Part shown: one piece after another, positions 34,216-42,543 of the stretch
How positions within the stretch are numbered: the first letter of the stretch is position 1
Layout: every line of letters starts with the position of its first letter
Source: Clostridiales bacterium
Lineage (GTDB): Bacteria; Bacillota; Clostridia; Oscillospirales; CAG-272
Direction of reading: 5' to 3'
Assembly (NCBI GenBank): GCA_022791195.1
Contig: JAAVYP010000004.1
Location: 5,087 to 69,086 of the forward strand
DNA length: 64,000 nucleotides
Notes under the pieces: generated by a model
Told to the model about the DNA's origin: nothing
Databases searched by the model: none
The model's input: only the letters and a program-made list of their open reading frames with translations
Position numbers and translations under genes: made by a program

Positions 34216-35364
34216 CTAACTCATTTTCACCGGCAGAATCATATACAAAAACATGTCGTCCTCTTCATTGCCGACTCCCTCGATTTGCATACTCATCAGC
34301 GCCGTGGCCAGCGAGATGCGGATGTTATCCTCCGGACAGACCCGCAGCGCCTCTAACAAATATTTATTGTTGAAGCCGATCAGCAAATCCTCCCCTGTTT
34401 TTTCGATGGGTATATCATCGTTCACGCTGCCTGACAAATTGGCCGCTGATATATGCAGCACCGTGTCTTCAAACGAACATTTCACACTGGATTTTGCCTG
34501 TCCCATGGCCCTGTCCTCTGTGACCAGAGCAGCCCGCTCTAAACTTTGTTCAAACGCATCGCGCGACATAACCACATTAATCGGCGATTCTTTGCGGATG
34601 ACCCGGTTATAATCAATATATTCAGCGTCGATCAGCCGGGAAAAGAAGGTCAGCTTTTCTAAAAAGAAAATAATATGCCTTCTTGTCAGCGCGACGGTCA
34701 TTTTGTCGTCATCATCGTCCATCAGCTTGATCAGCTCGGCTAAAGTTTTTCCCGGCACGATAAAGGAAAGATGAAACGTATCGTCTGCGCTTTGAATTTG
34801 CTCCATATCGCAGCGGCTTTCTCTGATGGCCAGTTTGTTGCCGTCGCAGGCAACAAGTTTGAGCCGTCCCTCGGTTATTTCAAAAAAGGCTCCGTTCAGG
34901 GCGGCACGCTGATCATTTTGTGCAATGGCAAACTGCACCTGTGCGATCATACGCCTTAACTGTCCTTGTGTCACAGAAAAAGAATGATTGCCCTGCAAAA
35001 CCGGAATGGCAGGAAAGTCGCTCCCAGGCAGGCTATGCAGCTCAAAACAGGAATTGCCGGCCATAATGCGGCACATATATTTATCATCAACCTCAATCGT
35101 AACGGTATCCAGCGGCATCATGCGGATGATGCGGGAAAGCCGGTTGGCATTGACAATAAAAGAGCCGCCTTCAATAATATCTGCCTCGATCTCTTCGTGA
35201 ATGCCTTTTTCCATGTCGTAAGAGCAGAGCGTGCAGGTGCCGTGATCGGTTGTTTCAAAGAATATCCCTTCGGTGGCCGTGAGGGTATTGCGGTCAGACA
35301 CCGCGCAAAGGGCCGGCGCAATCGCGCTGATCAGCGCGGCTTTATCAAACATAATTTTGATCAT
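34216..35364 (-). CDS. dnaN: DNA polymerase III beta clamp
   Basis: ACDGNKLA, IVPGKTL, SRLID..Y, IGFNNKYL, ILPVK; start trimmed to MIKIM (RBS AAAGG). Confidence 0.96.
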   Translation of the reverse strand: MIKIMFDKAALISAIAPALCAVSDRNTLTATEGIFFETTDHGTCTLCSYDMEKGIHEEIEADIIEGGSFIVNANRLSRIIRMMPLDTVTIEVDDKYMCRIMAGNSCFELHSLPGSDFPAIPVLQGNHSFSVTQGQLRRMIAQVQFAIAQNDQRAALNGAFFEITEGRLKLVACDGNKLAIRESRCDMEQIQSADDTFHLSFIVPGKTLAELIKLMDDDDDKMTVALTRRHIIFFLEKLTFFSRLIDAEYIDYNRVIRKESPINVVMSRDAFEQSLERAALVTEDRAMGQAKSSVKCSFEDTVLHISAANLSGSVNDDIPIEKTGEDLLIGFNNKYLLEALRVCPEDNIRISLATALMSMQIEGVGNEEDDMFLYMILPVKMS

Positions 35365-35394
35365 GATTTTTTCCTTTCTAAGAGAAAAACATAA

Positions 35395-35691
35395 ATATAT
35401 AAAAAAGAAATAAGTAATAGTCGTCGTAATAATAAGGCCTGTGCAAACTGTGCAAAAGCGTGTAACCCCTTTATTTTGCTGCAATGCAGAGCCTTAAATG
35501 GCTGTTCAAGACCGGATGCTGCGCTTGTGTAAAAAAATAGGAAAAAATGAAAAGTCTGGCAGAAAAAGAAAGAAACAGGTTTTTACACAAGGTTTTAACA
35601 TGCTATTTTTGTGTTTTCCACAGCAACTATGTGGAAAGTGAAAAAGCAAACAATCGAATGCACAGCAAGATAACAGGCGGCTTGTGGAAAA
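35395..35691. other. oriC: Chromosomal replication origin oriC (dnaA-dnaN intergenic)
   Basis: AT-rich tract, DnaA-trio run AAG TAA TAG TCG TCG TAA TAA TAA (35412-35435), GGCC, tandem boxes TGTGCAAAC/TGTGCAAAA (35440, 35449) as in the B. subtilis basal unwinding system; further boxes at 35527, 35581, 35614, 35630, 35683. Confidence 0.9.
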
Positions 35692-35716
35692 CAGGAATGC
35701 GCCGGAAAAGCTTATT

Positions 35717-37102
35717 CTATTCTTTTATCTCTTTTGTAAGTTCTTCGATTTCCAGCTCTAAGAGCGGTTTGTTTTTGATTTCATTTTCGATCACGCTAAG
35801 ACTTGACATAATGGTGGTATGATTGCGGTCAAATTCAAGCCCGATTTTCGGCAGGGAAAGAGAGGTAATATTGCGGATAATATAAATGGCAATATTACGG
35901 GCGCGCACAATTTCTTGGTTGCGCTTTTTGCCGCGGATTTCTTCTTCCGAAACGCCGTATTTTTTGGAGACCGACGAAATGACCTTGCTCACTAAGGAAG
36001 AATCCGACTCGCGGCCGGTCACAATATCCGAGATACAGTGCATGGCCAGATCAACCGTGACCGGCACATTATTTAAAAAGGACTGGGCCGCGATCTTTTT
36101 GATGGCCCCTTCCATCTGACGGACGTTGCTTTTTAAATTCTCTGCTAAAAATTCAAAGACAACATTGGGAATATCCGCATGAAAGCTTTTGGCTTTGTTT
36201 TGCATGATCGCGATGCGCAGCTCATAGTCGGGCACCTGAATATCGGCCAGAAGACCCCATTCAAACCGGTTTTTCAGCCGGTCCTCAAGCGGTTTGATAT
36301 CCTTTGGCGGCCGGTCAGACGTCAGCACGATTTGTTTATTGTCTTCGTACAGTGTATTAAAGGTATGGAAAAATTCTTCCTGGGTAGAGTTTTTGCCGGC
36401 GATGAACTGAATATCGTCGATCAGCAGCATGTCGGCCTTGCGGTATTTTTCACGGAATTTCAGTGTCGTGGCATTGGCAATAGCGGCAATGATTTCGTTG
36501 GTAAAATCCTCTCCCTTTGCATAGACGATTTTTGTGTCAGGATGGTGGCGCAGGGTTTCGTTGATCACGGCATAGAGCAAGTGGGTTTTGCCAAGGCCCG
36601 AGTCACCGTAAATAAAAAGGGGATTATAACCGGCCGCAGAGCCTTCACGGGCGACAGCCGTGCAGGCTGCATGGGCGAAGGTGTTGGAAGAACCGACGAT
36701 AAAATTGTCAAAGGTATAGCGGGAATCAAAAAAATTGCCGTATTTGTCGCTGCCCTCTTCCACAAATTCAGGCACATTGTCCGAAAGCGAAGAAACGGGC
36801 GGGGCCGACACAGGTGCTTGGTATTTGTCCAGCGAAACCGGCGCGTGTTCAGCCGATTCAAAAAAAACCGGCACGGCATAGCCAATTACCTCTGACAAAA
36901 AAAGAGCGACGTCGTCTGCATAACCCGAGGCAAGGGTTGTGCGAAGGTTGTCATTTTGGTTTTGAATGACAGCCGCCTGGTTGGAAAGAAAAATCAGTTC
37001 GGTGTCTTTGAAAAAAAGGTCCATAATCACCGAAGAATATTTAAGAGCAAGCTTTTGCAGCGTCAGATTCCATATTTCTGTGTAGGAGTTCATATTGTAC
37101 AT
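35717..37102 (-). CDS. dnaA: Chromosomal replication initiator DnaA
   Basis: YTFDNFIVG, YGDSGLGKTHL, LIDDIQF, QEEFFHTFN; start at 37102 or 37093. Confidence 0.98.
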   Translation of the reverse strand: MYNMNSYTEIWNLTLQKLALKYSSVIMDLFFKDTELIFLSNQAAVIQNQNDNLRTTLASGYADDVALFLSEVIGYAVPVFFESAEHAPVSLDKYQAPVSAPPVSSLSDNVPEFVEEGSDKYGNFFDSRYTFDNFIVGSSNTFAHAACTAVAREGSAAGYNPLFIYGDSGLGKTHLLYAVINETLRHHPDTKIVYAKGEDFTNEIIAAIANATTLKFREKYRKADMLLIDDIQFIAGKNSTQEEFFHTFNTLYEDNKQIVLTSDRPPKDIKPLEDRLKNRFEWGLLADIQVPDYELRIAIMQNKAKSFHADIPNVVFEFLAENLKSNVRQMEGAIKKIAAQSFLNNVPVTVDLAMHCISDIVTGRESDSSLVSKVISSVSKKYGVSEEEIRGKKRNQEIVRARNIAIYIIRNITSLSLPKIGLEFDRNHTTIMSSLSVIENEIKNKPLLELEIEELTKEIKE

Positions 37103-37186
37103 TCCGTTTCTTGATTTGACATAGGCCAAAGGCGGAAAAAAAGGCCGCCGGCCGGGGTACGTCAAATTACTTCATAATTATATTAA

Positions 37187-37215
37187 ATTATACCATAGAA
37201 ACAGAAAATGGACAA
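37187..37215 (-). promoter_or_regulatory. sigma-A promoter of dnaA
   Basis: TTGTCC-17-TATAAT with extended TG on the minus strand. Confidence 0.7.
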
Positions 37216-37288
37216 GGGCTTTTCCAAAAGTTTTGCACAGGCACCGGGAAAAGGAAAAGGGAATTTTTTTGGAAAGTTATGAAAACTC

Positions 37289-37318
37289 TTGACAAGCAGC
37301 TTTGGTTTACAGTATAAT
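37289..37318 (+). promoter_or_regulatory. sigma-A promoter of rpmH operon
   Basis: TTGACA-18-TATAAT. Confidence 0.75.
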
Positions 37319-37367
37319 GAACAAAGCCACAAGGAAAGAGATGCAATGAAAGAGAGGTGCATGGAGG

Positions 37368-37502
37368 ATGGTAAGAACCTATCAGCCAAAAAAACGGCAA
37401 AGACAAAAAGAGCACGGATTTCGCAAAAGAATGAGAACGGCAAACGGAAGAAAAGTATTACATAGACGCCGTGCAAAAGGCAGAGCGAAGTTAAGCTATT
37501 AA
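37368..37502 (+). CDS. rpmH: 50S ribosomal protein L34
   Basis: Too short for the ORF track; [44 protein letters not shown]. Confidence 0.97.
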   Translation: MVRTYQPKKRQRQKEHGFRKRMRTANGRKVLHRRRAKGRAKLSY

Positions 37503-37587
37503 GCAAGGCTGCGCCAAAAACAGCAAAACCACCGACCTTTTTCGGTGTTTTTTGTTATTGGTGCAGAAAAAGCGAAATGATTGCAAC

Positions 37588-37962
37588 ATGAAAGAAACGC
37601 CGATAAGAGAAAATCATTTGTATGCAAAGGCATATGCGGCGGGCAGGAAATATGTGGGCCGGTATTGTGTGGTCTATGTATTGGCTGACCGGCATGCAAA
37701 GCTGTTGGCCAAGCGGCATCCGAACAAAGAAAAGGTCAATCGCATTGGCTTAACCGTAACCAAGAAAATCGGAGGCGCGGTGGAACGAAACCGCGTCAAG
37801 CGGATCATCAGAGCGGCGCTTCGGAGTATCACAGGCAAAAAGACGATAAGCACAGGGTATTTGATTGTGATTGTGGCACGCCCTGCCGCTCTTTCGGCAA
37901 AGTCGACGGATCTGGAAAAGGATTTAGCGGCCGCCTTTGCGAAATTTGGCATGTGTCAATGA
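37588..37962 (+). CDS. rnpA: Ribonuclease P protein component
   Basis: [21 protein letters not shown] motif. Confidence 0.95.
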   Translation: MKETPIRENHLYAKAYAAGRKYVGRYCVVYVLADRHAKLLAKRHPNKEKVNRIGLTVTKKIGGAVERNRVKRIIRAALRSITGKKTISTGYLIVIVARPAALSAKSTDLEKDLAAAFAKFGMCQ

Positions 37963-38186
37963 AGAAGCTCTGTATTTTTTTAATCAAGCTGTATCAAAAA
38001 GTGCTCTCCCCGTTGAAAGCGCCCTGCTGTCGGTTTACGCCGAGCTGTTCACAATATGCGGCAGAGGCCTTTGAAAGATGGGGTTTTTTTGTAGGCGGCT
38101 ATTTGACGCTGTTTCGCATCGTCAGGTGCAATCCATTTTGCAAAGGCGGGTATGACCCGGTTCCAGAGAAAAAAAGAAAGCAATAA
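37959..38186 (+). CDS. yidD: Membrane protein insertion efficiency factor
   Basis: [24 protein letters not shown]. Confidence 0.95.
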   Translation: MKKLCIFLIKLYQKVLSPLKAPCCRFTPSCSQYAAEAFERWGFFVGGYLTLFRIVRCNPFCKGGYDPVPEKKRKQ

Positions 38187-38202
38187 CGAGGTAGTAGAAA
38201 AC

Positions 38203-39351
38203 TTGGATACCTTATATCGAATACTGGCCATGCCATTAAACTGGTTTTACAACATCAGCGGCAGCTATGTCATCGCCATGATCTTATATGGCTTGCTGAT
38301 CAAACTGGTTTTATTTCCGTTTGGCATAAAGCAGCAGAAAAGCATGCTCAAACAGGCGTCAATGCGGCCGAAAGAGATGGCCATCCGCAAGCGGTACGCG
38401 GGACGGGATGATAAAAAAACCCAGATGAAAATGCAGGAAGAGCTGCAAAAGCTGTATCAGAGCGAGGGGTATAATCCCATGTCGGGCTGCGGTCCGGCGC
38501 TGATTCAGCTGCCGGTTATCTGGATTTTGTATCGTATTGTGTACGGACCGATGCTGTATATTTTAGGCATTGGCAAGGATGTTTGTCAAAACATGGCGGC
38601 GTATGCCGGAGAAATTGCCGGACGCAGCTTTAATTATAAAGATCAGCTGCAATGGATGGACGTCGTAGCGAAAAACTTTGACGATTTTAAACAGAATGTA
38701 GCCGGATTTGCCGATCATTTTGCCACCGAGGCGGATTTTACGAATTTTGTGGATAAATTCAAGATATTCGGCGTCGATCTGACCCAAAAACCGCAGCAGG
38801 TGTTTGGTGAATGGACAGGCGCGGCGATCGCGATTGTGGCCATTCCTGTGCTGGTATTTCTGGCCCAGTATATATCGATGAAGGTCACCCGGAAGATGTC
38901 ATATCAGGCGATGCCGGACGCACAAAATGCGGCCAGCATGAAGATTTTGGATATCGGAATGCCGCTGATGACCTTGTATATGGCCTTTATTTTTCCTGCG
39001 CTGCTTGGCATTTACTGGATTGAAAATTCACTGCTTGCCATGATTCAGCAAATCATATTGAAGAAAATGTATCCGATACCGGTCTTTACCGAAGAGGATT
39101 ATAAAAAAGCGGAAAAAGAACTGAACGGCAAACGGAAAGCAGCCAAAAAATCGGGCGGCAGTGTGAAAAAACACAATCCGAAATCGCTGCATCATATCGA
39201 TGATGATGAGGACGAAGAGGATGGCTCTGCCAGTGAAAGCAGAACGACAAAGACAGAACAAAAGAAAAGCAAGAAGAATGCGTTCATAGAGCCAGCGGCG
39301 TTAAAAGAAGAGCCGGGCGCCGAAAAAGAAAAAGAAACAGATGAAGCATGA
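38203..39351 (+). CDS. yidC: Membrane protein insertase YidC/Oxa1
   Basis: NPMSGCGPALIQLPV, PALLGIYW; probable TTG start after GAGG. Confidence 0.92.
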   Translation: MDTLYRILAMPLNWFYNISGSYVIAMILYGLLIKLVLFPFGIKQQKSMLKQASMRPKEMAIRKRYAGRDDKKTQMKMQEELQKLYQSEGYNPMSGCGPALIQLPVIWILYRIVYGPMLYILGIGKDVCQNMAAYAGEIAGRSFNYKDQLQWMDVVAKNFDDFKQNVAGFADHFATEADFTNFVDKFKIFGVDLTQKPQQVFGEWTGAAIAIVAIPVLVFLAQYISMKVTRKMSYQAMPDAQNAASMKILDIGMPLMTLYMAFIFPALLGIYWIENSLLAMIQQIILKKMYPIPVFTEEDYKKAEKELNGKRKAAKKSGGSVKKHNPKSLHHIDDDEDEEDGSASESRTTKTEQKKSKKNAFIEPAALKEEPGAEKEKETDEA

Positions 39352-39365
39352 AAAGGTGATGTAAA

Positions 39366-40019
39366 GTGGAAAACGAGCTTATCAGCACAGGCAAAACCGT
39401 CGAAGCAGCGCTGCAAAGCGCGGCCGGACAGTTGGGCATCGAAGCAGACCAATTGGAATATGAAGTCATCGCAGAAGCAAAAAAAGGATTTCTTGGGATA
39501 GGAGAAGTGCCGGCCAAGGTGCGCATTTTCCTGCCAAAAGAAGAAGAGGAAGCAAACGAGAGTGACGCAGCCGAACGGTTTATCGACACTCTGTTAGCGA
39601 ATATGGATATTCACGCCGAGGTGCAGGTCGAAAATGGAGAGGACGGCAGCAAAGAAATCCGCATTTATGGGGATGAGGCAAGCGTTTTGATCGGCCACCA
39701 TGGCGATACGCTGGAGGCGCTGCAATACTTAGTGAATCTGGCAGCAAACAAACGGGCAAAAGAGGAAGAAAAAAAGGAATACATCCGCATCCATATGGAT
39801 ATAGAGGATTACCGCGCCCGCAGAGCCGATACCCTGCGTGCACTGGCCAGAAGAATGGCAGACAAGGTGCAGCGGTATGGACGCAGCATGGCGTTAGAAC
39901 CCATGCCGGCCTATGAAAGAAGAATTATTCATGCGGAGCTTCAGCAGGTGGAGGGGATTACAACCCATTCGATTGGCAACGAGAGCAACCGGCGGGTTGT
40001 CATTTCAAAAAAGAAATAA
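39366..40019 (+). CDS. jag: RNA-binding protein Jag/EloR/KhpB
   Basis: GKTVEAA, KKGFLGIG, KH LIGHHG, R3H ERRIIH. Confidence 0.94.
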   Translation: MENELISTGKTVEAALQSAAGQLGIEADQLEYEVIAEAKKGFLGIGEVPAKVRIFLPKEEEEANESDAAERFIDTLLANMDIHAEVQVENGEDGSKEIRIYGDEASVLIGHHGDTLEALQYLVNLAANKRAKEEEKKEYIRIHMDIEDYRARRADTLRALARRMADKVQRYGRSMALEPMPAYERRIIHAELQQVEGITTHSIGNESNRRVVISKKK

Positions 40020-40022
40020 AAG

Positions 40023-40053
40023 AAGCGGTGCTGATATGACAGCACCGTTTTTT
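40023..40053 (+). terminator. Intrinsic terminator after jag
   Basis: GCGGTGCTG-loop-CAGCACCGT followed by T-run. Confidence 0.85.
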
Positions 40054-40217
40054 ACTATAGAAAATTTTTTGTTTCCTGACAATAGCGGTGTTAAGATGAA
40101 AATGCCGATTTTGTCTTATTTTATAGTGGCAGCGGGGTGAAAAACGAACCGGGGAGCAAATCTCCATCAAAAGCCAACCGCTTCCCTTGGTTTTTTAAGG
40201 AAGTTGAAGCATATCCT

Positions 40218-40611
40218 TTGCGAAGGCGAAATTTTGTGGTATAATGAAGCAAATCGAAGATTTGCTTCTAAAGTTTATCTTACAACCTGCAAGGCTGTAT
40301 TCCGGCAAAGCCAGAACCGATAAACTTCAAGACAGCTAAAATTCTATAGTATCCGTAAGCAAACCTATGGTTGGCTTCTAAAATTTAACTGAACGTGCAT
40401 TTGCACGCTCTGCCGGTAATACCGGCATCGTTAAATTTTAAGGAAGTGGAAACTTTGTAGTATCCATAAGCAAACCTACGGTTGGCTTCTAAAGTTTATA
40501 TTTTCACTTTTACAAGTGAAATTTTGGCTTTGCTGAAAACGCCCGACTTCCAGCGTTGCTGGAACGTCGTACTTCCGGTTTGCTTAACCTTCATCGTGTA
40601 ATCGAAGCAAA
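40218..40611 (+). repeat. Promoter-headed hairpin array A (3 units plus half site)
   Basis: TTGCGA-16-TATAAT, then palindromes at 40246, 40356, 40467 and half site 40604. Confidence 0.85.
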
Positions 40612-40657
40612 TTAAAAATTGAATGATAACTTCATCTGCTTTTTTAAAGGAGTGTTC

Positions 40658-41785
40658 ATGCTGCGTTTTATCCATTGTGCTGATTTACATATTGACTCGG
40701 CGTTTGCCAAGCTAAGTCCGGCCCGCCGCAAAGAAAAGCGAGAACAGCTTTTTGAAAGCTTTAACCGCATGATCGACCTCATCCGGCGGGAAAATCTGCC
40801 CGTTTGCCTGATTGCCGGGGATTTGTTCGATACGCCCAACCCCTCGCCAAGCGCGATCGAGGTGGTGCGTTCGGGCTTTGCCTGTGCCGATGGCTGTCAT
40901 TTTTTCATTACACCGGGCAATCACGATCCCTATATACCCGGCGGCGTCTATGCCCAAACGGATTTTGGAGCCAATGTCACCGTCTTTACTGAACAAACCC
41001 TGCAAAAAATCACCCTCGACGAAGAAAATGCAGATATTTACGGCTTTGCCTTTACCCAGAAAAGCATGGAAACACCGCCGGCGCTCGTGCCGGACGAAAC
41101 CGATTCCGACCGTATGCGCATTTTGATTGCGCATGCTGATTTGTCCGGCAAAGACAGCGCCTATTGTCCGCTGACCGAAAAAGATATCCTGGAAGCCGGC
41201 TTCGACTACACCGCCCTTGGCCATCTGCACAACAAGGCCGGCATCCGCCAAATCGGCCCTGCCTATTACGGCTACGCCGGCTGCCTGTGCGGCAGAGACT
41301 TTGGCGAACTGGGCGAAAAAGGCGCGTTTCTCTGCGAGCTGACCAAACAAGCGGGTGTTTCTTCCATGCAGCATACGTTTGTGCCCCTTGCACCGGTGCA
41401 ATATGTGGAAACAGCGGTGGATATCACCGGCTGCGCTTCGGACGGCGCCGCGGCCGACCGCGTTTTGCAGGCCTTTGCCGGGTCTGCCTTTCCGCTTGGC
41501 GGAGAGGTTCGGTTGGTTTTAACCGGCGAAACTCCGCCCGACTATGTGCCGGGCAGCGCGCTTGCGGCCCTGCTGCGTATAGAGGGAACCTTTGAAATCA
41601 TAGACCGCACAAGACCCCTTTATCAGTTAGAGGCCCTCAAAGAAGAGCCAGGCCTTCGCGGCGAATTTGTGCGGCTGCTGCTGCCCCTTTTGCAAGAGGG
41701 AGACAGCGAGGAAAAGAAGCAGGCCGAATTGGCCCTGCGCTTCGGGCTGCAAGCCATGAACGGAGGGGACCTGCATGAAATATGA
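40658..41785 (+). CDS. SbcD/Mre11-like (YhaO) metallophosphoesterase nuclease
   Basis: ADLHID, IAGDLFD, PGNHD, AH, ALGHLH, YAG. Confidence 0.9.
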   Translation: MLRFIHCADLHIDSAFAKLSPARRKEKREQLFESFNRMIDLIRRENLPVCLIAGDLFDTPNPSPSAIEVVRSGFACADGCHFFITPGNHDPYIPGGVYAQTDFGANVTVFTEQTLQKITLDEENADIYGFAFTQKSMETPPALVPDETDSDRMRILIAHADLSGKDSAYCPLTEKDILEAGFDYTALGHLHNKAGIRQIGPAYYGYAGCLCGRDFGELGEKGAFLCELTKQAGVSSMQHTFVPLAPVQYVETAVDITGCASDGAAADRVLQAFAGSAFPLGGEVRLVLTGETPPDYVPGSALAALLRIEGTFEIIDRTRPLYQLEALKEEPGLRGEFVRLLLPLLQEGDSEEKKQAELALRFGLQAMNGGDLHEI

Positions 41786-42467
41786 CATTTTGTTGTTAGA
41801 CGCCGACGACACCCTGTTCGACTTTGGCCAGTGCGAACGGGCCGCCCTGCAAAACACCCTGTGCAGCGCCGGTCTGCCCTTTAGCCAAGCGATTTATGAG
41901 GACTATTCGGCCATCAACCTCTCCTTTTGGAAAATGTTGGAGCGGGGCGAAATTGACCGGGATGCGCTAAAGACAAAGCGCTTTGAGGTGCTGGCCGAGC
42001 GAACCGGGCTTCGCCTTGACGCGGCTGCGATCAACCGGCGTTATGGCGAGGAGATGGCCGGGCAGCATTTTTTGATCGAGGGCGCGCGCGATTTTGTCGA
42101 AAAAGCCGCCCGCCTGTGTCGGCTGTATATTGTAACCAACGGCATGGCCCTTTCGCAAGAAAGGCGCTTTGTTGACGCGGGCCTTGTGCCTTATATAACC
42201 GACATATTTATTTCAGAAAAAATCGGGACGGCCAAGCCGGACAAGGCGTTTTTCGACCATGTATTCGCGGCCATTCCTGATTTTGATGCCGGGAAAACCC
42301 TGATCGTCGGCGACAGCTTGTCCAGCGATATCGCCGGCGGCATCAACGCGGGCATTGACACCTGTTGGTTTAATCCTGCGGGCGCGCTCAACCACACCGC
42401 GCTGCAGCCTGTCTATGAAGTGCGCACGCTGCAGGGGGTGCTGACCATCATCAGCGATAAGGGCTGA
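41775..42467 (+). CDS. YjjG-family HAD pyrimidine nucleotidase
   Basis: DADDTLFDF, VTNG, KPD, IVGDSLSSDI. Confidence 0.9.
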   Translation: MKYDILLLDADDTLFDFGQCERAALQNTLCSAGLPFSQAIYEDYSAINLSFWKMLERGEIDRDALKTKRFEVLAERTGLRLDAAAINRRYGEEMAGQHFLIEGARDFVEKAARLCRLYIVTNGMALSQERRFVDAGLVPYITDIFISEKIGTAKPDKAFFDHVFAAIPDFDAGKTLIVGDSLSSDIAGGINAGIDTCWFNPAGALNHTALQPVYEVRTLQGVLTIISDKG

Positions 42468-42543
42468 AAACAAAGCAAGACGGATACAATTTGTGTCTTG
42501 AGCCGCCGGCGAATCCGGCACAAAGCAAAAGAAAGGAATGGTC

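Noticed and set aside
35365-35484. N-terminal extension of DnaN in the ORF track
   Set aside because: It runs through the DnaA-trios and boxes of oriC; the RBS supports a start at 35364
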